55,081 nucleotides of DNA from Carcharhinus longimanus (GCA_030264375.1 JASCQW010000072.1:18419322-18474402), one strand, 5' to 3'; numbered from the stretch's first letter, positions 1 to 13,087 are shown. Made by a program: numbers and translations. The notes: generated by a model from the sequence alone, not told the origin.

Positions 1-250
1 CCAACTGTATAACTGCAGTAAGACATCTCTACTTCTAAATTCAAATCTTGCAGTGAAGACTAACATAGCATTTGTCTTCCGAATTGCTGCTCCTCCTGCC
101 TCTCCACTTTCACTGAGTGGTGTACAAGGACATCCAAGTCCCTTTATACACCTTCCCTTCCCAATATATCATTTAAATAATAGTCTTCCTTTCTGTGTTT
201 CACACCGAAGTGTATAACTTCAATTTAGCCATGCTGTACTGCATCTGCAT
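1..250 (-). mobile_element. CR1-type LINE ORF2 fragment, decayed
   Basis: The reverse complement resembles the CR1 RT C-terminal region (gggacttggatgtccttgtaca; gcaaatgctatgttagtcttc), compared with the + copy at 49470-50116. Confidence 0.7.
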
Positions 251-1355
251 AAGGCTTGGACTCAGAGGTGAGTATGTTACCACTGACTTAAGGCTGACAC
301 CAGTGCTTTATGTGAAAAATGGCGTGGGTGGAATTGAAGGGGTCGAGCAATTAAATGTGACTGAAATATTAAGGTGACATAAGTTTCAAAAGTCTTTGGA
401 AAGGCCTCTGTTGAGACTGCATGTGAGCTGCAGATGTTCCTTTAGACAGCACAACTTTGCATCAGATTCTCTCTGAAGATACCGCCTATGAAGATAATTC
501 TCTTTGGCCATGAGTTAAATGTAGCAAGGTCTACAAGGTACAACTAGTACCACAATAACATATGTGGCCATTTGGGATACAGATCATCATAGCACAATTT
601 ATTTCCTGCTGAGAGACCAAAAACGTTCTGATTGCTGTGCATGGAGGAAGTACACACCATTAGGGTTTATAGGTATGACTTTAAAAGGAAAAAGCCCCAA
701 GCAATGAACATTCAGGCATAATTTTCTTTACTTTGTCCTGATTTATGTAATTTGCACTAAGAAGCCATTGGTGTGCTATTTTTAAGTTTGTGATTCATCT
801 TTGAATCTTTATTTTTGTTCATAATTTCTCACATTCCCACCCTTCTTACTCAGAAACCAGAGCGGTGCCAATACAATGACATATCGATGGATGCTGTCAA
901 TGGGCAGACAGCCAAAAGGCATATTTGTGTGACTTGGAAAGAAATTCCTTGCCAGATAATATTTTTTCCCTCCCTTTCCTGAATATTCTGAGACTGATGA
1001 AAGTCAGCCCCATGGGGCACGTCAAGTCAGTTTGAGATACAATGCTGAAACTCTATTGGACCATCTTGGAATGTTTCCATCAATTTGATATCTGGTCTTA
1101 AATAAGTTATTTTTCGTTTTTTCCCATTTTCATCAATTTTCTGTCTTTTCCCCTTGATGTCGTTGAATCTGCGGGTTGCAGTTCTACAGGGAATGATTAT
1201 ACTTCATTTGAAATGTTAATCAAGCTGTCATTATTCACGTGCGAGTCCAAAGAGTGTTGACTGGTTGTCTATCGCAATTGAGCTTGGTCTTACCCTCACC
1301 TGATATCTCTGCACATTTCATTCCAGCAAGGGTCACAGGATAGGTACAGAAAAAC

Positions 1356-2010
1356 GGCTGGATTTTACTGGACAATGTGGTCCCTAACCACCCACCTACA
1401 CAGTCAGTGGCCTGCCCACCCACGATAGTAGTTGCTGATCCTCAACAATTTAATTCTGTGAGCAACATTAATTGCTTTGAGGTGAGACTCGCCCCATCAC
1501 TTGAAGAGGTCTTGCCTTAGAGAGATGCTGACCAATTGGACAGCTGGCAGTTCTGTTGTCCCAGCTCTGTTTGATGGGACTGGTGGTCACTAATGGGATA
1601 AGAGGCAATCTGGATGAAAAGGAGCCCGGATTTAAAGACAGCTATGTTTGAGAGCCTAAGATAAAGGCTGGAAGGATGACTCTCAGGCCAGGGGAGGGGT
1701 GGGGGCCACAATGGAACCGCAAAGGAGGTCCTTACCCACTTGCCCAACACCAACCCAACAGCTAAAGCTGTGGAGCTTATCACATTCTATGGGGCCCACC
1801 TGCCATGGGTACAATGGTGGTGGGAGTGGTATGTACCACTCAAGTGATCATTCTTTGGTCACTTAAGGGCCTCAAGGGCAGGCAGGGCACCTGGTGCCTC
1901 CACCATCCTCCATGAAATTTGGGAGAGGGATGGCCATGCAGGCCATGTGCTGAATTTCATGATCCTCCCACCTTCAAACTCATTGGTGTGGAGCCCCCGA
2001 TAAACACAGT
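1356..2010. mobile_element. Non-autonomous Harbinger-like DNA element, decayed
   Basis: Starts with ggctggatttta, the TIR type shared by other MITEs in the window; GC-richer body; degenerate right end. Confidence 0.45.
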
Positions 2011-2579
2011 ATTTGCTGGGTTAAGTGAGGAGTAGGAGGACTTAGATGTTGTGAGAGGAAGTAGGACAAACAGAAACATGGGAAATGAGAAGGGCAAAAA
2101 TCAAGGATCTAGTCAACCACTGTCAAGAGGGAAACTCAGGAGAGGAAAAGCAGATTTCAGAAGCCCTGGTTTAGCATGTGGAATTTTCTGTGCAATTACA
2201 ATAGCTGGACAGAAAAGAGGAGGAAGAGTTTTCTAAGAAACAGATGATCCCGGTGGCTTTGGGAATTAGTGGACTTATAACTGATGACTGTGGAAAAAAC
2301 ATTGCCAAAAATTAAAATCTTGATTGTTTTGTTTATTTCTGATTGATTTATGCTTGGAAAATTAGAATGACCTCTTAGAAAAATAAGTATAATTGTTACT
2401 CCATGTCATTTCCTGTGAACGAAGGCAATGCCTTGAAACTGGCCAGAGTTTAATTTAAATATTAATTTGGGGTTTTCAACAACCAACACATCGTTTGCTG
2501 ACATTCAGACATGCACCACATCCATTTGTAATCTCAGGCGAGTAAAATGAATGTCACGACTTCTCCTTCATGTGAATAT

Positions 2580-2830
2580 GTGTATTAATTGCTTTATAGC
2601 AATTAAGCACTTTTGTACTGGAGTCCTTGACATAATGTAGGAAACACAGCAGCCAATTTGCTTACGGCAAGCACCCACAAACACAAAGTGATGAAAATGT
2701 TTTCTGTTACAGTGAGGGATAAATAGAGACCAGAATACTGAGAATAGCTCTCCTATTCTTCTTTGAAATAGTGACATGGAATATTTTACATTCTACAAGG
2801 AATGCTTTAGGGTGAAGGCCTACGTCAGAT
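2580..2830 (-). mobile_element. Deu-domain SINE (SacSINE1/AmnSINE1-like)
   Basis: Contains taatgtaggaaacacagcagccaatttgc, gagggataaata and ctcctattcttctttgaaatagt, matching the reverse complement of the SacSINE1-type body as recalled. Confidence 0.7.
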
Positions 2831-2894
2831 TGAATGGAGTGTTCCACAAGTCCTATAAAAAAAACCCATAGTTGGCATCCACGCAAATTCCAAA

Positions 2895-3300
2895 TGATGG
2901 AAGAGAGTAGAATTGAGTGAGTTTTCAGGATGAGAACAAGTTCGGGCAGGTGGAAGGATGGTGACCAACAGGCCTCCTTTCAAGAATGAAGTGAAGAGTC
3001 CAGAGAGCATTCCCCTTGAGAAAAATGTGTTCAGGAAGTGTATATCTAGGATGAAACAGAAATATTTGGGGCTGGAGAAAATGAAATTGTCAATGCAGTA
3101 CAAGGGCTTGGCTAGCCAGGAGTTTGTTTGTGGGGCAGTTATGGGGGGGAGAACGGTGTCAAAAGAAAATAAGTTCAATGGGATAGAGGCAGACTGAAAC
3201 AATTCATCTAGTCTCTGCACATTTTACATAGGAGTAAGAAATTGAGCTTACAGAGTTTGCAAAAATATAAGGTTGGAAGCAAGAAGCTGAAAAACAAATT
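2895..3300 (+). mobile_element. Possible Gypsy (Gmr1-like) gag remnant
   Basis: Purine-rich and heavily frameshifted; only weak peptide-level resemblance to gag. Confidence 0.3.
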
Positions 3301-4707
3301 GGATGAATAGCAGCTCGGGAATTGATGGTTTAGTGTTTGACGATGGGAAATTGGATGAGGAGTAAGGTCATCAAGTTTATTTTGTCATACAGCAGATTTA
3401 ACAGCAGATTTTATGATAATAATACCATGGTTGGAACTGCGAGAACGTGAAATCCAAGTGCAAGGAAATTTTATTGTCAATAAAAAGATCAACCGATGAT
3501 GCCATTCTGAAGGGTTCCTATCATTAAGAACATGTGACACAGAGTGAAGAAGAGTGATTTGTGATCCAAAAAGGTAGAATGGAACCAAAGGCATCAGAAA
3601 AAAGGGCATTGTGTTGAGCTTAGAATTCACTGAGGTTGGACATAAATGGATGAAACCGAGAGCCTTGTTGAGAACTCAGGTTCAGAAAGGGGAAGATCAG
3701 AGAAATTGGCAAATACCCGGCTAGAAAGAAATGTAGGCTCAGAATAAAGTGCAAGGAAAGAGGGAGTGGGATTGCTTCAGCATTCAATTCTTTCTGCCTG
3801 AACGGAAAACTAAATCTTTTGTTAAAGGGGCAGGTAATACATTAACTGTGTCATTAAATTAATTTTGAATCATCGAGGGCTCACCAACTATTATGCATTT
3901 GAATAATAATTCGGAATTAACATGCAAGGAAGATTACAATCCTGTAGTTATAATCACACTCAGAAGACATGTTGGTGGATGTCAGAGCAGTAAACTTGTA
4001 CACATTTGATTCAAGACTCACACACTTTGGTTGGATGAAAGAGTTAACACTTATCTATAAAGAATATGTGAATGGAACCCAATTCTTTGCCCTTCACTCA
4101 GTGCCACTGGATGACTGCCAAGTTGCAGGGGGGAATATAAACATACCCTGCAATCTTTTAGCCTCTGCTTTCTTGGATTTCATTTTCTGGGCTCGTTTCA
4201 GCATTAGCTGTGCAGTGTGAGCATCCTTAAAGCCCCTATCAGTAACAAGAACAAAAAGATAAATAGCTGGAGTTAATGCAATTTCCTAGAAAGAGTTCAC
4301 AATAAATTATATTTCAGCAAGAAAGTCAAGTAAGAACATCAACTAAACTTACCTTATAGACCATCAACACGGAAGGAAAAGTTTATAGCTTTTTCAAGTT
4401 TTATGGAATACTACTTTTTTCTATTCATCTATTCTAATTCTGGTGTAATAATGCCTGCTGATGAATGTGTGCTATAAATCTTTTTTTTAGGTATTATGGA
4501 AAACGTTAAGTTGCATTGAAATTCAAATGCAGAGTGCCAAAATGTTTAAAGTAACTTGACAAATGCCTCATTTTTAATTTGGGAGTTTTGAGAAGATTGA
4601 TTTTTTTTTGATAAATGTAGCAGTAAGTACTAAGCAAGAAGCTTTATTTATTTTACAGTTATTCAATTAGTGAAAAACTAGCTTTGTAAAGTAATAGCTT
4701 TGCTTAC

Positions 4708-4794
4708 CATTCTAGTGAGATTTGTTCTTCTTTTTCTGACCCGAAGCACTGCTTATTGCAAGATGTACCCTCAGAGAATCTTGACACAGTTCTG
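4708..4794 (-). CDS. LRRIQ1: LRRIQ1 exon: (S)RTVSRFSEGTSCNKQCFGSEKEEQISLEW
   Basis: Acceptor cacgcag|CAG (NAGNAG) and donor GAATG|gtaagc; 87 nt, phase 2 to 2. SEKEEQISLEW resembles recalled SEKEKKISEEW. Not in the ORF track. Confidence 0.85.
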
Positions 4795-7016
4795 CTGCGT
4801 GATCAAATGACAGGGAAAAAAAATTCAATTTTTGATACTGTTAAAGGAGCATTTCTGTTCAAACTATCTTGTATATTAAAATAATAGNNNNNNNNNNCCA
4901 AGGTGAGGAGTGCAGGTCAGAGGAGCAAAACTTGAATTATTTATTAATATTTGAATGCTGAGGAGCGATACTGTCTTGAATCATAGGTGTTACCTTACAT
5001 TTACAGCCAACTCAGCATCAAGATCAAAGGTTCACTTTACCAATCTCAAGCTGGATCTTAAAGCCAACTTTTTATGTCTCTTGTATGAAGCTGACTGAAA
5101 TTGAGAGGTGCCTGCTTACTGCCAGTGACGCCGAAACACTCTTGATTGGTATGCTCAATAAGATAGCTTTAATCTGTTCACAGAATCATGGTAATCACAG
5201 AAGCAGGCTGTTAAGTCCATTGCATCTGTGAGACTGCTAACTTTACCTATGGAGCCATTGGGCCAATTTTGGGTGAACAACCAGTGGAACATGTCAGCTA
5301 GCTCTCATCTGACGCAGTGATGTGGCAGCCATGGTTTCAAGGTACCAGCTTTATTTAAATCAAGATGGTTTGCAGTTTGGCTATCCCAATGCAGCTCAGT
5401 GAATCAAGACTAACAAGTATTAGGCCATTTCAACCCCAATCAAGGTCAATGGAGTGGAGTGGCAGGACGGTAGGTTTGCTTTGCGATGAGGGGGACCCAA
5501 TGGCAGAGATTATTTCTGAGTGATCCAGAGCTGCATTCCAGCTCCTATGGTATGTACATAAATACAGCATTGGCTTTGATCTCATGGGAATGATATATGA
5601 CACATGCTCACCATATCCCATCAAAAACAATAATGCAAGCTCCTATGATTCCAATTTGTGTTTGGAAATGTTCTGACTGCTGAAGCAGGCAGGTACCTCA
5701 GGCATTAGCCTCTTTCAAAATGGATTTGTCCTCTTTCTTGGAATTAATGGGGCAGTGAGGCTTCCAGCCCCATTTCAAGACTTCTCATTAGCACCAGATT
5801 AGATAAGAGCAATCTATTTGGTTTCCATTTCTCTGTTCTTTATGTGCATGTTTTCATATTCTTCCTTTTCAAATATATATATAATTGAGTATTGCTGAAA
5901 AAAGAGACACATCAAAGCTTTTTGCTCGTTAGTTAGAATACCAACATAAGGGGAAAACAACAATTTATACTGTATGAGAAGAGGGTGCTGNNNNNNNNNN
6001 NNNNNNNNNNNNNNNNNNNNNNNNNNNNNNNNNNNNNNNNNNNNNNNNNNNNNNNNNNNNNNNNNNNNNNNNNNNNNNNNNNNNNNNNNNAACATAAGGG
6101 GAAAACAACAATTTATACTGTATGAGAAGAGGGTGCTGACTGGTTGGGAAGTGGGCTCTGATTGGTAGAGGTATTGTCATAAAGAATGTACCAATTAATG
6201 GTGACTGATGCTTAACTGCATAGCACTGTTTGACATTTAAACTAGGCAGCTCAGCCCTGATTGGTTAAGGCATTGCTCTGAGCAACATCAATATAACTTT
6301 CCTGCTTTTGTAATAAATGCCACCAGCTTTGAAGCCCAGGATTCCAATGCTTTGCTCACCATTCAATTTTTAAACAAGCACAAGGGGAACGGAATGAGGA
6401 ATCCGCTTGCCTCTAATTAAGGGCATATTAAGCCGCTGTGTAGCTTATTAATGGGTCGCAAAGGGTGAGAACGTGATTTTCAATTTGTAAATTGACAGAC
6501 CTGAACAGTTATGTACATGTTGGGTCACAGCAGGCAGAAATGTAATGTCTTTTATTTTTAAGCTGCGAAATTTTAGGAATTAGAGGCTCCTGTGCTATAT
6601 TGGATGCACTTTGTTTCATTTAGCCGTTTGACCTTTTCTACACCTTGAAGTGACTGGCCCTTTAAAGTGATGCCTCCTCTCCACTGCAAGGTAGTGGCAG
6701 ATTCCATTATGATTGCCATCTACCTTTGTCAGTCATGCTTTGCAGGCAGCTCTTGCCTCCTGGTGGTGCTTGGTGCCAGTAATTGAGCGCCAACATCACC
6801 TCCAGACCAATTGTGGCGTTTAGATTTGAAGACTGAAGTCAGGACCCAGAAATTTTACAGGTGTTGTGTTCCTGAACCTGAATTGAAAATAAAACCCAAA
6901 GGGTCTTACCTCAATACATTCAAAATACGTTCACTTAGATAGAGTTAAAATCATAACCCCTGGTGTATTCTTACAATAAAAATTCCATTATAGTTCGATA
7001 TTTAGCCAGTTTATAC

Positions 7017-7159
7017 CTGGGAGATTGCAGAATACTGGTGGTTGATGATGAAAAGGATGGAGATCCAAATTTTTCAACAGAATTGATATCATCATCTTGC
7101 CAAGCTTGCTGCAGGTGCCTTGATAAGCCAAATGAATCAGCAGTATTATGAGCGGGGCT
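7017..7159 (-). CDS. LRRIQ1: LRRIQ1 exon: SPAHNTADSFGLSRHLQQAWQDDD...ILQSP
   Basis: Acceptor attttccag|AGC and donor CCCAG|gtataa; 143 nt, phase 0 to 2. Contains a QAW motif and is phase-compatible with both neighbours. Confidence 0.8.
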
Positions 7160-9090
7160 CTGGAAAATATTTATCATGTATCTTGATATTCAGGAAATAA
7201 TTAAAAATATACCGCAAGTTAAGGCATAGGCCTTAAGTCACTGCATAGGCATTCTATCGGGAAAAATGTAATTTAACAGGTTGGTAAATAGAGGACAAAT
7301 GCTGCTTCCAAATTTTCACATTGCTGCAGAATTTACTTTTGCACACTTGGCTCACCAGCAGGAAATTTTCTGATTCCGATGTTTCTATTACTATTTCTAA
7401 CTGTTCATAATATGACTCAATAGTTAATGGATAAGGAAGACCATTCAGTCCAACTTAATTTAGCTATTCAAAGAGATGCCAAATTCTTCTTTGCAGTATT
7501 CAATTGTGTTTTGAATATTCCAGGCTTTTCACCCCACAAATCTACCCCAGTAGTTCTTTGCTTGAAGATTAATTTCATGATTTCAACGCCAAATTTACCT
7601 TTTGTTAATTCATTTACTAATTGCATCCTCCTATCCCCAGCTCTCTCAATTTAATTTCAAGTAACATTCCAGATCTGCCTTTTGCATTCTCTTAATTATT
7701 TTGTGTATCTGTTAAGAGCCATTTTAAGAAGCAAAAAACATCCCCCACAGCATTCACAGGCAAACACAGTTCTAAAGAAGCAGCTTCTTACTCATTCTCT
7801 TCACAAATTTGAAATTTGCCCAAAAGGTTTCTTCTTTAAAATAGAACACAACTTTTATTTGTTACAAAAGAAAGGATTCATCCTTATTGAATGGAGAATT
7901 GCCATTTTTTTGTTTAATGAATAGGATTCTGACATCATTCTCAATACTTAACTAATTTGCATTTTAAAACTTATTTAAATGTATAAATTTCCTGCAGCGA
8001 GAATAATGCAATGGAGACACTTGGCGGCAACAAAGCTGGGAAAGAAGATTAGAGTTAATGGCAATTTAAACACAAAAAAAGTACTTACAAACCTGTTTGC
8101 GTGCAAGAGAATTTAAACTGACTTATAAGATGAGCGTCAGTCACAAGTGCTGATGATATCCAGCTACAAAAGGATTGCAATAAAACCCAAATACAATGTG
8201 AAAATACTCAAAAAGCAAAACAATCAGCAGTCCTGAGATGTGCAAAACCCCCTTAGCCATGAAGAATATGTGAGCTGGTAAATCTTTACTGACTTCCCAG
8301 TTTTCTGAGTATGCTGTCAAGCCAATATTTTGTATGCTACATTCCATTCTTACGACACCACTTTGGGTGGAATTCCAAGCCCATTACAAGACTATTGGGA
8401 GGACTGGGAATCGTTTGTTTCTAGGATTTACTCTCCCAGTTTGCAATTTGTTTGTGGGAACATTATTTCATCAACAATTGGATATGTTTCTTACTATTAA
8501 CCTTTCTTCCAAAGTAAAACAATTTCTGGTTTAACATATCAAGTTTGTGATGGCGTGCAATATGTATAACTATTCATGCTTCCCTTCATATGGATAACTG
8601 CAACTAACCCTTCTCCTCTCGAATATAGTATATAGAAAAATAAAAGATGCAAAGGATAAGTAAATAGACAAATCAAATTGCTGCTAATTAATATGTTTAA
8701 ATGTGTGCAAAGTTTTGGTTTATTACGATTCTTTGAATCGGTTTCTAGATCTGTCTGAAACTTTGCTTCTGTCATTTTCTTTTTAATCAAACCACATTTT
8801 TATTCTTTGTTTTCTAATTCTGTGCCAAATTTACAGCTGTGGTACATCACTTATTTGCTACTGCAGCGTAAATGGCTGAAAAACAAGATAAAAGAACAAA
8901 TTTATTTTTGCATTTGGAGAAAAGCAACATGACAAATTTCATCTGTTGCTGGTGGCATATGACAGAGAACTCTGAAGTAACATATTTTACACCCCAGTAT
9001 TTTTTCACTAATTATCCCAATGTCACATGATAGTAAAGTTCTTTTAAAATAGAAATGTAATGAACAGGTTTCTATAGTGCAGCACATTAC

Positions 9091-9168
9091 CTTTATTTGC
9101 TGGTAATGGTTTTCAGTTTGAGAAGAAATTCCAGGATCCGAGGTTATCCAGACTTTGTCCAAGGTGGC
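9091..9168 (-). CDS. LRRIQ1: LRRIQ1 exon: ATLDKVWITSDPGISSQTENHYQQIK
   Basis: Acceptor cttctccactcag|GCC and donor ATAAAG|gtaatg; 78 nt, phase 0 to 0. Continues FDE-ATLDKVW, similar to recalled FDEAALEEEW. Confidence 0.85.
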
Positions 9169-10432
9169 CTGAGTGGAGAAGTAGGTTTTCAGACAGGATT
9201 CGGTAATTGGAGTGAAAGAACAAATCAAATGACCACACTTAAGATATCAGAGATACTGTTAAGAAAGTAGGTTTGTCCAAATGGACTTCACAGCATGCCA
9301 AAATCTTTTCTTCAGGATGCCAGTGTTAACCTGACAGAGATGCTTTTATTAATAAATTGAATGTCTTTATTACAAAGTGCCTTTGGCAACAATAGGGCTG
9401 TGCATTCTTCAAAATTATTTTGGCTCCGCTTATTTTGCCAAAAACAATAACGCTGCCTTCAGGTTCTTTTTTTCAAAAAAAAATCAATGTCCTTTTCCCA
9501 ATAGAATTCAATTTTCAAGTGAAATTTATAGCTTGTTTTCCTTAGCAAAGCTGATTAGCTACAGTTGGCAAAAAAAAATTATGATGGTAATTTTTGCATC
9601 CACAGACAGTCCATAAAATCAAAGTTGGCCAGTCATGTCGTTCCATGTGATTTTATTTTACATATCTTGCCAGTAATCAAGTCAACCTTGTAGCAGTAAT
9701 TTCATTAGTCAAAGTGTCTAAAACAGAAGAAACTGAATGAAGAAATTGTTGTTTTTCTAAAAACTTCTAGTGCCTCCAATGTGCCTAGAGGCCAAAGAAT
9801 GTGAACACTATTTACACTCTGTGTAAAACAACAGAAGGACAAAGTTGCAACTTCTGGAATTTTTGCTCAATCCTTGGTACCACCCAACAATGGACATAAA
9901 TCACTTCTTATGGCTTTTCTTCTGAAAGAAGATTTTTCTAGCCTCTTGGGCACTGTGTAATCTAAAACTGTGTGCAGATAAACTCTAATCACTTTGAAAA
10001 GCTGTTTCTAAATATTGCTAAAGAGCGAATATGGTTTCAAAAGAATGATGTCACTACTTATTAAATGCCTTTGGTTACTTCTGCACAATCAACAGCTGCT
10101 ATTCAATTTAAAACAAATTGTTGCAAGGCCATGCCTTATAAAAAAGTGATTTGTATTCACTTATGGAAAAATCACTTAGTTTTAAAAGAAATGAAACAGC
10201 AACCTATTAAGATGACCTTCTAAACAGACTCAGAAGTACCTTGGGGATCCAGAAAATCCTTGATTAAATGACCCTGTGTGGGTAGCCTTCTCTTAAATGG
10301 ACACAACTTGGCAACTGTCCCTTTTTACAGCAATATTCAAGCCCCGTACTATCAGATGAGTAAAGCCATTTGTGGAATTCACACCTCTTATTGGCAGTGT
10401 CCTTGCTAACTTCAAATTCCTTGTACTCTCAG

Positions 10433-10672
10433 TGGGGATTTCTCTCGTCCCGCCTGCCACAGGAATCATAGTGGGCAGGGGATGGACCTTGCAAAGGTCT
10501 GCTGACCTTGGGCGGGAGTTTCCAGTTTTGAGGTGAACATGGCCAGAAATCCCACCCTCAGAGTCATTAGCTGGAATTTTAACACCACGCCCGCCCCACA
10601 GAACAGAATTCTCTGTTGGCTGTGGACGGGATTTTACGAGCCTTGTCCGAGCGAGGTCATAAAATAGCAGCC
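10433..10672. mobile_element. Two adjacent short Harbinger-type MITEs
   Basis: TIR pairs gtggggatttct...agaaatcccac and gctggaatttta...taaaatagcagcc. Confidence 0.6.
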
Positions 10673-11154
10673 ACTGTTTCTGAAATTGATACTTAACAAA
10701 GAGGGCTGCAGATAAATCAGCTTATCGTAAGAAAGGTGTTAACAGCCACTGTGCATTCTCCATAGTGTAGCAATGGCTTGCAACTTGGAATAATTTATGT
10801 GGACAATGGGAGGGAGTACTGATCATGCGCTCACATAACCAAAACTGGCATTTCCATATTCATTGACCCATTGTGCACTTTCTAGAACCAATGAATATCA
10901 CAATCTAAAATGGAACGTATTTTAAAAAGCTTTGAAAACAATCTATTCCACTGATAAATTTCCCCTAGGACTATAAATTCCTGGGCTGAAAGCGAAAAAG
11001 TGTCATTCATCTGGGTTTCATTATATCTGCCTAGCTGAGAGCCCAGACATGTATTTGAAAAACAAAACACCTGCTCCCCAGTGTAAACATTGCTTGAGTA
11101 ACAGCTCAGGTTCTGTGATTTCTGCAGTCACTATTCTATTCAAATTTCTACCTC

Positions 11155-11270
11155 TCTTCAGCTCTGAAAGAGTCAATAAGGATTGAAATCATTAACTCTG
11201 TTCCTCTCACCCCAGATGCTACCAAGCCTGCTGAGTTTTTCCGTTTATATCAACTTCACTATGTTTGTTT
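11155..11270 (+). repeat. Penelope-like terminal fragment, decayed
   Basis: Contains ctctgaaagagtc...gaaatcattaactctgttcctctcaccccagatgctaccaagcctgctgagtttttcc; a related fragment lies at about 21425-21495. Confidence 0.45.
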
Positions 11271-11594
11271 ATATGGCTCAATTGGTTTTAAGTGCTTGTG
11301 GTTTTTGAAACTTCAAAGGGCCTGATGATTGACACTTTTATTCGCTTTCATTTCAGACCTTGTTTCCCCATCGGAAAAATTATCAATGAAGTACATTTTT
11401 TTCAGTGCTTTTTGTTGCACATCTCACTTTACATCATAATCTTTACTAGTTCTCGAAAGTACAGTAGGTCAATTGGCATTGTAGAGTCAGAGCTTGGCAT
11501 GGAGACATAAGGGGTACTTCTGCTATATCACCTTCTGTCTAGTATTTTAAAAGTAGCATATCTCTGAGGAACACATACTCTGATGTTTATTTAC

Positions 11595-11711
11595 CTCATC
11601 AAATGTAAATTCACTCAAATCAACTGCTTCGAAGACATCATCTTCCTCAATTTGAACAGCTGCTAAAGCATAAGACAACTTCTTCCGCAGGAGATAGCCT
11701 CGCCAATGTGC
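11595..11711 (-). CDS. LRRIQ1: LRRIQ1 exon: AHWRGYLLRKKLSYALAAVQIEEDDVFEAVDLSEFTFDE (completes a split IQ motif)
   Basis: Acceptor tttatttag|GCACAT and donor GATGAG|gtaaat; 117 nt, phase 0 to 0. IQ|AHWRGYLLRK forms across the junction. Not in the ORF track. Confidence 0.93.
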
Positions 11712-12718
11712 CTAAATAAATCCACAATGTATTGAAGTTTTAAATAAAATCAAAGCATTGAAAGTTAAATGATCCGCAAACAAAAGAATGACAGTATTTA
11801 CACTTGAGTTGGATGTTGATTGCAGAATACTTGTACATTAATTTCTAGACATAAATGAGCAAACAACAGTGTTTCTAAACAGCTATAATCATCTTTTCTG
11901 TAAACTGCAAGAAATGTGATAATTTCACCATCACAGACTTAAAAATGTTTATTATTTACAGTACCACTCATTCAAGATTCATTACAAGATTCAGCAAAAA
12001 CATGAATAAAGAGCAAAATAGCTTGAAATTACTGAGGGTAAATTGATACAACCAGTTTCATGGATCTCCTGCACCTAAAAAATGAAAACCAAAATGAAGA
12101 AATTAACATGCTCTTGGGAAACCCTTCCTTGTTCCATGCGCAATAAGCGGAAGCGGACATTCTAAATTTGGAACATAAAAACATTAGGAGGAAATGCTTG
12201 GGCCTGCTCCACCATTCGATTAGGTCATAGTTGATCAGGATCTCAAATGCATTTTCTCTCCTTTGATCCACTGTGAAAGAGTTTAACTACTGATGGCAAA
12301 GATATGGGACATAGTAGGGAAAAGCATTTTTTCAAGATATACTTCTCAGAAAGCAAGAACAAATATGAGCAGAAGGAGCTTAGTTTGGAAGTGATAGATG
12401 TGATGAGTCAGGCATGGAGTTGGAGGGCTACAATACTTGTGACTCTGGTCACAAATGTTGGGAAACAAACATCAGTTCCACGGTAGATGTTAGGGCATTC
12501 CAAATGAAATGATGACAGGCATTAAAATTTAGTTCTAACTGGGCAATGTTACTTGGGGGATGTATGAAAATGACTGGTGTAAAAAAGAGAAATGTCACAC
12601 TTGAACAGTAGAAGAACTGGTTTGCTCTTTGGTTTTGTAGATTAGTCGAGGAATGTGGGTGGAGCTCCAGCTGACCTATGCTATTATTGACAGGGTGAAT
12701 ATTTGTTCCTGACACTAG

Positions 12719-13087
12719 GGGCCAGAATGGAGGCCAGTGGGAGTTGAAAATAGCCCTGCTGGATGACCTGCTGATTATCCAGCTCCATCCCACATCTGGG
12801 CCACTTTTGTGGATGTGCGACGTAGGATAGATGGAGGCGCCATGTGCCGGAAGGTGATGGGTAGGCAACATAGTCAGAGCCCATTGAGGTCAATTAAGTG
12901 AGTTGGCCTGGGACTTCCCAACAATTATCCTGATTCCTGAAAATGGCAAGGGTACCTGGAGGCGGCTGCCAGGTGGCAAGCTGGTGGACCAGTGTCTCAG
13001 ACAGGCCTAGAAGCTCTCCCTGTCTCTCTGGCTGACCTTTGTTTCCCAGTAAGGGAAAGCCCAGCCATCAGTCCAGAAATTGGCAAA
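12719..13087. mobile_element. Non-autonomous Harbinger-like element, decayed
   Basis: GC-rich body with motifs shared with 1356-2010 (for example ttgaggtcaattaagtg) and TIR-like ends. Confidence 0.4.

Noticed and set aside
5943-6138. Exact 48-bp direct repeat on both sides of a 100-N gap
   Set aside because: Identical sequence flanking a placeholder gap is typical of unmerged contig overlap, so it is an assembly artefact.
6350-6900. Homeodomain-site-rich segment resembling a conserved enhancer
   Set aside because: The taattaagggc..ttaagcc motif and TIR-like end (gaaaataaaaccc) resemble the decayed Harbinger-type elements at 1356 and 12719, so a TE origin is more parsimonious.
6910-6959. Possible mini-exon with a strong GAG|gtaaga donor
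   Set aside because: It has an in-frame TAA, would need an intron of about 57 nt, and the flanking exons already join in phase.
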